Source of the DNA: Octopus bimaculoides | Taxonomy: Eukaryota | Direction of reading: 5' to 3' | DNA length: 53,893 nt | NCBI RefSeq assembly: GCF_001194135.2 | Contig: NC_068987.1 | Coordinates: 33,631,651 to 33,685,543 of the forward strand | Shown here: piece after piece, positions 13,201-24,472 of the stretch | Position numbering within the stretch: the first letter of the stretch is position 1 | How the letters are laid out: each line of letters opens with the position of its first letter | Program-made: the position numbers and the translations under genes | Notes under the pieces: model-generated | What the model saw: only the letters and a program-made list of their open reading frames with translations | Database searches by the model: none | What the model was told of the DNA's origin: nothing

Positions 13201-15157
13201 TGTGTTTCAGATCATGAGTGATGCAGCAGGTTTCCTGAATGACAAGTAAACATAGACTGCTGTTATGATCTGAATAGGAACATATAGTGTTTCTAATAGG
13301 ATATCTAATGATTCAAGCCTTACAAGAAGTAATTTCAAGTGGTCGCCGTTGCTCAGAGCATTCTTTGTTTGGATATCTATTCACAAACGCTGCACAGCAC
13401 AAGACAATCTAAAAGTGAATATAGATATGTGTCGCGCGTCAATTAGTTGTTAAATTTAGGAACTATGAATTCTTATTTCGATCTCTCATAATACCTATCA
13501 CTCTTTTCCTCAAGTTGTACAAATATCAATTGCGGTATAGTAATTTACATTACATCTTCATACATGTTTATGGCTGCATCACTCTGCTAACAATACTGTT
13601 GGACGTTAGAGTTTAAATTAAAGGTGGTGATTTAGTATTTGCAAAATATAGATAACATAAGAACTGAGAGAGTCATCGAATCTCAGATAGAGTGGCTTGA
13701 GCTGTGTGTTCCGGATGTTTATAGTCTGAGTTCCATTCTCAAACACACCAGCTTTAGTCGACTAAAAAATATTTGTCCTGAGCGGTAGATTAGCAGATGA
13801 GAGGTTTACAGCACTTGTTACGGTTAATTGTATTTTGATCGTAAAAATGCCCTAACACTGGTGTCAAGTTGCATTGGCATTTGTCTTTGCCTTGGACAAT
13901 ATTAGTCTCATTGAGATGGGGGGGGGGATCTGCATGCATATGCAAAATACATTGCATTTATTTGCGTCCTGAAAAGGATTTTTTCTCAGTATAGTTCATG
14001 ATGGTTCGAGACATCTGCATGGTTATTAATAGAGTAACTCATTGATATGGAGAACCTGTAGAGTCAGCGCTTTAATGTAGTGGTTAAAATCAAATTCGTT
14101 ATACTTAATTCAAAATACGACAACCAGATAACCACACGCCGAGCTTTCTTTTTTTCTCATGCTCGATAAATTGCCTAAGACATAAAATGCAGGTAAAATA
14201 TCTATGTTATCAGAGGGTAACGTGTTGCAACATAAACCTACTTCGGGATTTTCCGATGTAATTTTTTTTTTTTACTACATAAATAGACAGAAAGAGAAAG
14301 AGAGAGTGAGAGAGAGAAGGAGAGAGAGAAATATATGGAGAAAAAGAGGGAGAAACAAAGGGAGAAACGGTGTGTTCCTATCCTCTCGCTATTGCTAATG
14401 TGTGTACATATATATTCAAGAATGCACTTCTAAAGTATGGAAATCATCCTACATGCAACCAGCAGTGGAAGACCTTACGTTTCACCTGTTAGAAGACCTC
14501 GAAATAACAATCACTACAGTTAAATATCCACCCCTCAGTAGAAAACGTTTTTTATTCCGGCTCATCTTCCTTGACCTGGATCAAGACAACAACAAAAACT
14601 TACCGAATTAAGGAAGTCTTCTTCTATCCATCATTTCAGGTTAATATAGGACAACATTAGTCAATGACTAGCGCTACGATTGAAACCATTTGGAGTGAAT
14701 CTTTGACAAATTTGAAACATTTATCTAGCAGTTACAAAAAGAGAAAAGACGCTTCTGATTAACCGCTTTGCAGTAGTATTTAAAACTCAACGTCGTCTAC
14801 ACTTGTAGCGTCATTGCAGCAAATGATAAACGTTAGTACTTAGGACTCATTTCTAATTCCTTTAAATGTCGTTACAAACTACACACAGCTTTAGCAATTA
14901 AAACTTACGTAATTCCACTAGATTGGCTAAGTACATCTTTAATCTTACCTCCAAGAATACAAAATATGATGGACACCGTGACATCATAATAAGACCGCCT
15001 TCTTACAGGGAATGTAAGAATGAATGCGGTTAATTCTGTATGGAGTTACTCCCTATTTTAGTAAATAGTAAACAATTAAAACGGGCTAATAATTTTTCAG
15101 AAAACAATGCTTACAACTTCAGTACACAAATGCGACAAAAGAAAATCAAATTGAGTC

Positions 15158-15167
15158 CTCTCTCTCT

Positions 15168-15230
<63 letters not shown>
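15158..15230. repeat. (CT)n microsatellite
   Basis: Directly visible. Confidence 0.95.
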
Positions 15231-15232
<2 letters not shown>

Positions 15233-15243
15233 CACATATATAT

Positions 15244-15832
15244 AATAAATCTCTGAGCGAGGTATAAACAGTAGCTACCCTTAAAGGTTGATACTACTGT
15301 AGCTTGTAACCCCAGGAAGGCATCTCCTCCAGCTGGCTATTGACACATTACCTGTGCCCTTTCAGTATTTGCAAAAGGAAGTCACCCTTCCCATCTCCAG
15401 CCTGACGTGATATACACAGACCCGAGTTTCTGGGTATTGAGCCGTCATCAACGTGTGGCAACCAGCGGCTGGCGATGTGAAGTGGTTCCCAATGCAAATA
15501 TATATATATACTGTTTCCAGTGACGAAAAGTCACTGATCTTGAAAATGTGGAAACAAGCAAAAATAAATCTCTGAGCGATGTATAAACAGTTGGTGCACG
15601 ACATCGTGAAATATATTTTCCACCTAAATGTAGCTAACCTTTAAGGGTTGATGTTACTGTAGCTTGTAGCTCTGTGTGTATCACGTCAGTCTGGAGATGG
15701 GAAGGATAACTTCCGTTTGCAAATGCTGATAGGGCACAGAAAGTGTGTCAATAGCCAGCTGGAGGAGATGTTTTCTTGGCGCTACAAGGTACCGTAGCAT
15801 CAACCCTTAAGGGTGAGCCACCTTTAGGTGAA
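15244..15832. repeat. Composite of a partial tandem direct repeat (about 320-360 bp unit) and an inverted copy; retrozyme or Penelope pLTR-like
   Basis: 15244-15310 is repeated directly at 15563-15670 with a 39-nt insert at 15591-15629. 15271-15420 is repeated in inverted form at 15671-15821. Confidence 0.85.
15414..15457 (-). ncRNA. Candidate minimal type I hammerhead ribozyme (C3U variant, slightly decayed)
   Basis: Minus strand reads CACACG-UUGAUGA-cggcucaauaccca-GAAAC-ucgg-GUC^UGUGU. This gives both core boxes, a GUC triplet, a 5-bp stem I, a short stem II and a 2-bp stem III with a near-palindromic tetramer. Confidence 0.6.
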
Positions 15833-15833
15833 G

Positions 15834-17649
15834 GACACCGGATCAAAAGATTTGGTGAATGTCATGCACGAAGAGCTGCGCAGCTCATCACCTTGATAAA
15901 TGCCGACCAAGCAACACGAGAGTTGTTGACATTGGGTAGAAGAGTGCTGTGGCGGAAAAACATGGAAAAAGGCAATACGGTAGACAATTACAGGCCGATA
16001 TCCTGTTTGCCACTTATATGGAAATTATTGACTGGAATACCCACAAAGTCAATGTACGAATATCTAGAGAAAAAAAATAGAGTTGTGCCACATGAGCAGA
16101 AGGGTTGCAAGCGTAAGTGCAGAAGTACCAAGTATCAACGCCTCATAGACAAAACTGTACTTAGAGACTGCAAGAGGAGGAAAAGCAAAAGCTGGTTATG
16201 TATTGAGAAGCCACCAACAACAAGTCAACCATTTTTTATTCATGGATGACCTCAAACTTTATGGTAAAGATGAAGCCCAAGTCAGTTTCCTCATTGATAC
16301 GGTGTGTACTTTCAGTGCTGATATCAGAATGGAATTGGGACTGAGAAAGTTTTGTGTGTTAGTATTGAAGAGAGGTAAAATCAAATGTATGGACGGAATA
16401 ATGATACACTCGGGTTGGGTTATGAAGCAGATAGAAGAGACGGGCTATAAGTACTTGAGGATTTTGGAAATAGATAAATTGATGGAGAAAGAAATGACAG
16501 AACAATTTAAGGTGGAGTACTTGCGCAGACTGAGAATGATCCTTAAGTAGTTGGACGGAATAAGATTAAAGTTATCAACACGTGGCCGGTTTCACTCCTT
16601 AGATATGGATTAGGGGTAATCGCATGGACAGTAGACGAACTAAACAGCTTAGACAGAAAGACAAGCAAGTTGCTAACTAGATATGGGTCACTCCACCCAA
16701 CAAGTGACACAGACAGACTGTATGCACCAAGAAAAAGAGAGGAAGAGGACTTATTGGATGCAAACGCAGCATTTGAGCAGAAGAAAACAACATAGAATGG
16801 TACGTAAAAAATGCAACAATACCGATATTATTAGAAGTAGGAAGGTCAGGCTTGAGTATTATGAAGACAGAGAAAAAAGATGGCTGTGGATGACTAAAAG
16901 TGATTTAAAACCGAAACGGAGGCTCTAATCTGTACTGCCAAGGAGTAAGCACTAAGAACAAACTACATAAAATACGGCTTAGACAACACAACAGAAAGAG
17001 ATAAGTACAGAATCTGTGGACGAAACAGTGAGACCGTATGACATATTAACATCAAATGTACGTCACTAGCCCAGAAGGAATATAAGAGACGACAATATAT
17101 ACAGGCTTATCCAATAGACACTTTGCAACAAGTATGGACTTTACAGATCATAAAATTGGAACGACCACAAACCTGAAGGCATTGTCGAAAATAGAAGTAC
17201 AAAAGATCCTATGGGATTTTATGATTCAGTGCGACCATGAGATTGAGAATAGGAAGCCGGACATAATCTTAATTGAGAAAGAAAGTAAACTATGCTGGAT
17301 CATAAACATATCATGCCCAGCTGACAAAAATGTATGCGATAAGGAAAAAAGAAAAGTCGAGAGTTATGACAAGTTAGTTTGGGAAGTTAAGCAGTTTTGG
17401 CCGATTAAAAAGGTAGCATTAGTAACAATAATTGTCGGAGCTCTGGGAAGAGTAAGTAGAAATCTCGAGAAGTATGTGGAACAAATAGGGGCGGCAATAA
17501 GGGTGGAAGACTTGCAGAAAACAGAACTGCTTGGAACCGCTCGAATACTCCGGAAGGTGTTCGAAAAATAAGAGGTGTTACCTTAATTAACTGGCAGTAA
17601 ACAGCTGACACTGTAGTACATCTCGAACGTTAGAAGCTGTGCAAAGGCA
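15834..17649 (+). mobile_element. Dong/R4-clade non-LTR retrotransposon (RT, CCHC knuckle, restriction-like endonuclease); 5'-truncated, internally deleted, frameshifted
   Basis: NYRPISCLPLIWKLLT, EQKG, NHFLFMDDLKLY, YKYL, LHPTSDTDRLY, a CRICG...H...C knuckle (about 17005-17060), and KILWDFMIQCDHEIENRKPDIILI...IIVGALG. Stop at 17571, short 3' UTR, then an (AAC)/(AAT) tail. RT motifs between ...KRRK and ...AGYV are deleted at about 16181. Confidence 0.92.
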
Positions 17650-17656
17650 ATAAAAA

Positions 17657-17733
17657 CATCATCAACAACAACAACAACAACAACAACAGCAACAACAATA
17701 ATAATAATAATAATAGCAATAATAATAATAATG
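17657..17733. repeat. (AAC)n(AAT)n tail or target of the Dong/R4 element
   Basis: Directly visible. Dong elements are known to associate with TAA repeats. Confidence 0.9.
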
Positions 17734-18584
17734 ACATATTCTAAGGATAATTGCTTAGTAATTTACGAAGAAGTCTAGCTATTTTGCGGGCGGTGCGATT
17801 AACCGATAGAATCGACTTCGGTCCAAATTAATAAGTGATGTATTGTATAACTGACTGCAGAAATAAAGCCTTTTACAAGCAATGCGATTTTTACCACTGA
17901 TAAATATTACTTTATTTTTCGTCAGTCCTTGAATGATACTTAATTTTAACGCCATCCAACTTGACATTTCAACTTTCTGGTGTCGATAAAATATAGTACC
18001 AATCGTATACTGCAGTTTATAGTGTCGGCTAATATTCTTCCTCTCAAATGTTTGACCTTGTACTTAGATTACCAACTATCATCATTCGGTTCACATATTG
18101 TTAAGAAATTTGTGGCAAGCAAATCATCATCTTCATCATTTGTAGTAAAAGAGAAGGTAAAAAGCAAAAAAGAAATAGACTATAAAGGAAAAAAAAGAAA
18201 GACCGAAACAAATACAGGTAAAAGGATGACGAAGAGGCAAAGTTTGTGACAGGAAGTGGTGGTATACGCTACAGCAATTTTTGATTCAACCTAATTTGAG
18301 ACGGCTGAAGAGAAAACTTATATTGTCTTTTATTGCTCCATCTAAGAAAAGATAATTAGCTGATGGAGTTTGATAGACAATTGTATAGCATAGGAATTAG
18401 GATGGGCGATAGTATTCGGTCAGGCGAGGCAGAGGTTTGTTTTAAAAGGAAATAAAATTTTCGACAATGGGGAAATGGGTTAGTAGTCAATCTTGTAACC
18501 TAGTGCATATACAAGCGCGGTATGTAGAAATGAAACATTTTCCAGGGAATTAAACAAACGGACAAAGCGTGTGTGTGTGTCCAT

Positions 18585-18690
18585 CCGGCAGAGTCGTTAG
18601 AGCGCCCACTGTGAGCAATCTAGTTCAAATGCCACCGAGGTTGAATTAGTCATTCATGTTTCCAACGTTGATAAATAAACTACTAGTTCT
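18585..18690 (+). mobile_element. Degenerate SINE family B head
   Basis: 'ggcagagtcgttagagcg...agttcaaatgccaccgaggttga...gttgataaataaactactagtt'. Confidence 0.5.
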
Positions 18691-19989
18691 GTCCCTCTTA
18701 TATTCGTTTTACCTACTTGTCTCTCGTTCTCGAACAAATGATGTGTGATCAAAACAGAACACCGCAAAACCTAGATATGTACAAGGTAAATCACATACCA
18801 ACGAGTCTACAACTCCCTCACAGAGTTAGGGGCACAAATGACACGTCAAATCAAATATACATGCATGCATAAAAAAGCTATTTTTCAATTTTATTTCATG
18901 ATTTCTTGCCTATGGAGAAAAAGTTAGGGGAAAAAGTCAGTCTCATTCGCAAAATGAGCCCCTCTTTAATTTTGCTCAGATTGCTTTCAATTTTGGTGTA
19001 TCTCGTAAATTAAAGAATCTGATGTTATTTGCAATTAAAGTTGGGAAATTTGGGTAGTTTTAGCCAATCAACAGACAACATGGCATTAGCAACTTATAAT
19101 CAATAGCGTGAAACTCCGTCTTTGAGACTTAGCTGTTAAATCACTGCAAGTATAGCAAAAATTGTTTCCGATGTTTATGCAGTTTCTTGACATTATGAAG
19201 ATGAATGGACAGTATTGCTAACCTTCAGGGACTCATTGACTTAGATAGCTAGATTTATGATTTCATTAGGTTAATTCTATTCATAAACATTTAAATTAGG
19301 ACTATTTCTTAAACAGTTAACTTCACATTTCTTTTTCTTGGGTCAATTTCTTTGTTGACCAGTGTTGTTATTCTTATTGTAGTTTACAAATCCAAGCTTG
19401 AAAACGTACACACGTTTGGAGTTTTGGAGACAGACGACTCCTTTTCACACACACACACACACACAATCACGAATGTATAAATGTACATATAAACTTATAT
19501 ATGAATGCATACGTCCACATGCACTTATATATTAATGATGTACGCAAATACATAACAAGTATGCATACTACTGAAATACGCATACAGTAAACACATGCAG
19601 ACAAATGTATTAATATATGAAATTTAAAAAAAATAATAAAAACATACAACGAACGAAGAGACAAAATAAGCAGTAATATGACACATGTTGATTTTATTTG
19701 GTATTTCTGTTTATTTAGAAACCTACTATGAACAGGTCATCTCACAGATGCTAGACTATAAATTTCACAGGGTACGACCTTAAAGTTGACACCACTCCGC
19801 TAAACGCAGAAAATTTCTGTCTCGCTGTTGGCTAAAAATACACGGCTTTATTCGATTTTTAAACCTCTGTAACTTTTTCCTCCAATTTGTTACATCACAA
19901 CATCATACCTACATAGCAATGAGACTGGAAGATTACATTATTTTAGTTGATTTTCAGATTTCTTACTTCCTTTAAAAAATTACATATTT

Positions 19990-20338
19990 TGCGAATCAGC
20001 TACACCAAATCCAAGTCTGGTTCTAACCCACATACAAGTCCCCTTCATTAGAATTTCAACATCAACAACACATCTATGCATGTTTATGCGTATGTGAGTA
20101 GTATTTACATTTAGTGCTTGTGCAGATTTGTACATTTTGTTTTATGTATATATTCTCATGCATATAGTTTCATATCATGGCGACCACTTATGAACTTAAA
20201 TACTAAAGCTTCTGGACAGTTTTACTAATGTCAGTGTTACTGTTCGCTTGAATCTGTATTCTAAGGATTAGCTTTCTCTTTTCTGGACATTAGCAGGCTA
20301 AATTATCAGGACTGATGGTTAGGCAGTTTGTTACATAT
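19990..20338 (-). mobile_element. Older, decayed 3' end of a Dong/R4-like LINE
   Basis: Aligns with the ORF end and 3' UTR of the adjacent copy, e.g. 'tgtgcagatttgt', 'catatagtt.catatca', 'ccttcatt.gaattt'. Confidence 0.6.
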
Positions 20339-20361
20339 TCCAGTATCCATATGTATGTATG

Positions 20362-21033
20362 TCATTGTTCAGTTTTATTTCAAGCTTTCCTGCCCATAGA
20401 GAAAGAGCCGTTTTCTAACCTAAATTCAAGGCTCCTTCATTGGAATTTTAATAACAACAACAGGGTATTTTTTTTATTCGTATGTATGTGTATATGCATA
20501 TGTGCAGATTTGTATGTTTTGCGTTGTGGATGTATTCTCGTGCATATAGTTGCATATCAAGACATGCTCATAAATAGTTAAAGGATAAACTTCTGGAAAG
20601 TTTTACAGATTTTTACATCTCCAGTGATGGATTGGATCTGTAGTCTTCGAATCATCTTTCTCCTTTCTGGTTTTGAGAAGCCTAATTTCTCAAGATCGTT
20701 ATTCATGCAGTGTGTTATATATACCAGTGCCTCAATAATCGTAGGTATAAATCTGAAGTTGTGATCCGGAGAGAGTAACTGCAAATTTCTCAAAAGTACA
20801 GTGTAGGTATTCTCTTTTCCACTGATCTTCAGCTTTATCTTAACATCAGTTAGGCAGCTAATTTCTACGACTGTACACAGTTTCTCTTCTGTATCCTAAA
20901 TCATTATATCAGGTTTGTTGTACTTACATTTTATTGAGGTCATCACTGGAACATTCCACCAGTACTCTTTTTTATTGTGAGTGTCTATGGCTTCTACCAT
21001 ACTGTGAGTTCTTATTTCTTTCTTCTCGGGTGT
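20362..21033 (-). mobile_element. 5'-truncated Dong/R4-like LINE (RLE domain and 3' UTR) within a (CATA)n array
   Basis: KEYWWNVPVMTSIKCKYNKPDIMI*DTEEKLCTVVEISC...FIPTIIEAL...KICKTFQKF* is a PD-(D/E)xK endonuclease end. Flanked by TATG repeats on both sides. Confidence 0.85.
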
Positions 21034-22016
21034 TATGTATGTATGTATGTATGTATGTATGTATATATATGCATGCATGTATGTATGTATGCATGTATGT
21101 GTATATGTATGTATGTATATATGTATATATATACATATACATACATATATATNNNNNNNNNNNNNNNNNNNNNNNNNNNNNNNNNNNNNNNNNNNNNNNN
21201 NNNNNNNNNNNNNNNNNNNNNNNNNNNNNNNNNNNNNNNNNNNNNNNNNNNNNNNNNNNNNNNNNNNNNNNNNNNNNNNNNNNNNNNNNNNNNNNNNNNN
21301 NNNNNNNNNNNNNNNNNNNNNNNNNNNNNNNNNNNNNNNNNNNNNNNNNNNNNNNNNNNNNNNNNNNNNNNNNNNNNNNNNNNNNNNNNNNNNNNNNNNN
21401 NNNNNNNNNNNNNNNNNNNNNNNNNNNNNNNNNNNNNNNNNNNNNNNNNNNNNNNNNNNNNNNNNNNNNNNNNNNNNNNNNNNNNNNNNNNNNNNNNNNN
21501 NNNNNNNNNNNNNNNNNNNNNNNNNNNNNNNNNNNNNNNNNTATTTATATGTATATTATCATACAAAAGTACATATATATATATATATATGTGTGTGTGT
21601 GTATACACAGGTGTAGATATAAATCATATATGTGCATGCATGTTTTGTGTGCGCGTGTATATTTGTATATAGACAGATAGATTCATTTGCATCCAAGTAG
21701 AACTGAGTGCATTTGCTTCGTAAGAAAAACAAAACAAAAAAAAACACTGCTTCCATTACCACAGGTCTATATGAATCCCATTATTTTTTTTCTGCATCTG
21801 TTATTTTGGAAATATGTCAAAATGCTTTTACTTACATTACAAACGTAAGTATGTAGAGAGCAGGGCTTCCTTTACATTTGCAGGCTTATCGGCATTTATA
21901 TTGCATGGAGAGGAAATAGATTATGACATGTCAGCTGTATGTTTGGAGGTTCTGAAAATGAGGAAATAACGTGTCGAAACGGAATTGGCAATGGAATATC
22001 GTATATGGTTGATGCA

Positions 22017-22052
<36 letters not shown>

Positions 22053-23544
22053 CATACATACATTCACAGATATATACGTACATATATAAATATACATACA
22101 CACACATATAATATAAACGCACAGGTTGATATATGTATACGCATGCACCTACAAACAAGCATGCTCTCTAATACCTTACGATGTCTCGTTTCTATCAACC
22201 AGAAATGAGATTCATTTAGCACGGGCAACAGATAAAACTCACAGAAGTAGAAACAAAGACACAATACTCTTTCATCAGCAGTTTGCTGAAGGTCAATGCA
22301 AATTCAATGCATTAAAGTCGTACTCTCGATTAATTTTTTGTATAAACAGCTAGTGTATTTCTTTCCGGTACAAGTAGAAAATAGTATTATCTTATAGAAT
22401 AAAAGAGAAGAGGGAAAGAGAGTAAAAACAAATGCAGTTATAGGGATAGCTTGCAGGAAATGCACTGAAATACGGTAACAATGAAATACGATTATATAAT
22501 GATCAACTCCGGGTAATAAGCTACGAAATTCTTACATTCTTTGGTAATTCAGATCGCCTCATGGTCCCAGCAGCCTTGAGGTCTCCACTACCACAGGCTC
22601 GGCAATAATAACCCGTCTGAGAATGACCAATATTTTGTTTTATTTCTTCATGATAACCATATATGCACACACGCACTCCAAAACACACACTGATATATAC
22701 TCAATAGATAGATTTATATATAAACGTGTTTATATGTATATATTACACTAGCATCTGTTTCCGTGTGTGTGCGTGCTCATGTGGGCGTATGTATGTGCGT
22801 GCGTGCGTAAGTATGTGTGCGCGTGTGTGTTCGTGTGTATGGATTTTTGTATGTATTCTGTATATGTGTATCTATTTGTTGGCGTTTATATACCTGTTGC
22901 AGTTCTTAACCGACAGGCATATAAGAACAATCTCTAACCATTAACTGCAACAGGGTGTGGATGTTTTGGATGTAGATTGCAATTAGTAAAATTTTCGAGG
23001 TTTTAAAAATATTTTGTTATATAATTTTACGTAAAATAGAGCTACCGTCGACTAAATATCTTTCCATAAAGATATATTTAGTGAATGGATTACAAAAGTT
23101 TGCAATGTATTGTTGTAAATGCTTGCGATATTCTGATACTTGTGCGCACAATTTAACAACTTGATTCACGAGATTAAGAACTTTAATATTTTCAATGGAT
23201 TTCATATACTGTATTCTTTGAACTATGCATTAGTTTTGCCAGTTTGTCTCGAATTGATGAGGAAGGTTTTTAAACATTATTGTATGACATTATAGATAGT
23301 TGCTATATCCCTTGTGTCTTGTATTATGAGATTTTTCTCTTTTTCATTATTATGAATTTCTTCATTCTGTAACTGCAGTGCAATCGTTTTCTGAAGTGTG
23401 CTACAGGTATAATTTGGATATTTCTAGAGAATACTACACAAGTTATATTATCATAATCTATTACTTGTTTCACTCATAGGACTGCAACCATTATGGGGCA
23501 CCACTTTGGATATATTTGTTTAGTTGAATATGATTGTAATTAAG

Positions 23545-23795
23545 GCTACCATCGTTCGCTTTTGCCGAACTGCCAGGATACGAGCACGTGAACAATTCAA
23601 CATTGAATGCCAATTGGTGATGGGTGACAAACACAGGTACATACAAACACACACACACACACACACACACATACACACACACACACATACACACACGCAC
23701 GCACACACACGCGCACACACACGACGGGCTTCCACAATTTCCTCCACCAAATTCATTTACAAGGCATGGCAAATGTGTTTACAATAGTAGAAGTC
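23545..23795 (-). mobile_element. Degenerate SINE family A lacking its head
   Basis: 'ttttgccgaact', 'acaaacacag', a (CA)n run and 'gacgggcttccacaatttcctccaccaaattcatttacaaggc' match family A. Confidence 0.65.
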
Positions 23796-24210
23796 ATAGG
23801 GTAATGTATTTCAGAATCAAATATGGATAGCGTGAACTATATCTAACTATTCACAACAAAAGAGATATTATATTATTTTTGAAGATCATCGAAACAGATC
23901 CATAATTCCATTTTATTATTTTACAATTGTAGAAACATGAGTGCGTAGGCATTTCTTCTACATATATCTCAAGTGAATTTTCTTCATAGATTCTTCAACG
24001 TTCGTCAATGCACAAATCTGTAGATCATACAATTGAGGTCAGCATATCCATTCAGTTAGAAGACTGCGCATTAAAATGAAAATATGTATTCCTACAATTT
24101 ACATTAACCACCATTGTACCATATGTATAATTAGTTATATTAATACGATACATTTAACATCAACAACAAGATCAAAAGCAAAAACGAAACAAAAAACATC
24201 AACAACAGCA

Positions 24211-24472
24211 TCAATGTCGAAGTTTGACGCTTTCTGCTTTGCTTTTGCAAATAAACCTTTTGAAGTAGTAATTATTGCTCAAAACATAATCCCTGCTCGA
24301 GTGAGAGTTGCGGAAATATACATGATTTTCGGAACTAGATGTTGCATCAATAGCTCTTCTACTTAAAACTTTGATAATGGAAAGAATTCTTCCTATTTCT
24401 CGTTTAATAACAGTAATAACCTTTAATGAGGTGATATTGGAAGTGGCTGGTTTTATTTTTTTCTTCTTCTTC
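24211..24472 (-). CDS. Candidate terminal exon of an unidentified gene
   Basis: An AG at 24474-24473 is followed by 86 stop-free codons ending in TGA (KKKKKIKPATSNITSLKVITVIKREIGRIL...). No homology recognised; ORFs this long occur by chance in a window of this size. Confidence 0.2.

Noticed and set aside
14402-14611. Possible exon(s) on either strand
   Set aside because: Splice-like signals exist, but the frames close or the implied intron is only 28 nt.
20395-20445. Hammerhead-like string in the Dong/R4 3' UTR
   Set aside because: The core boxes and cleavage triplet are non-canonical; it is better explained as a simple stem-loop.
21945-21995. Hammerhead-like CTGAAAA...CGAAAC
   Set aside because: The core deviates from CUGANGA, there is no stem II pairing and no GUH at the right spacing.
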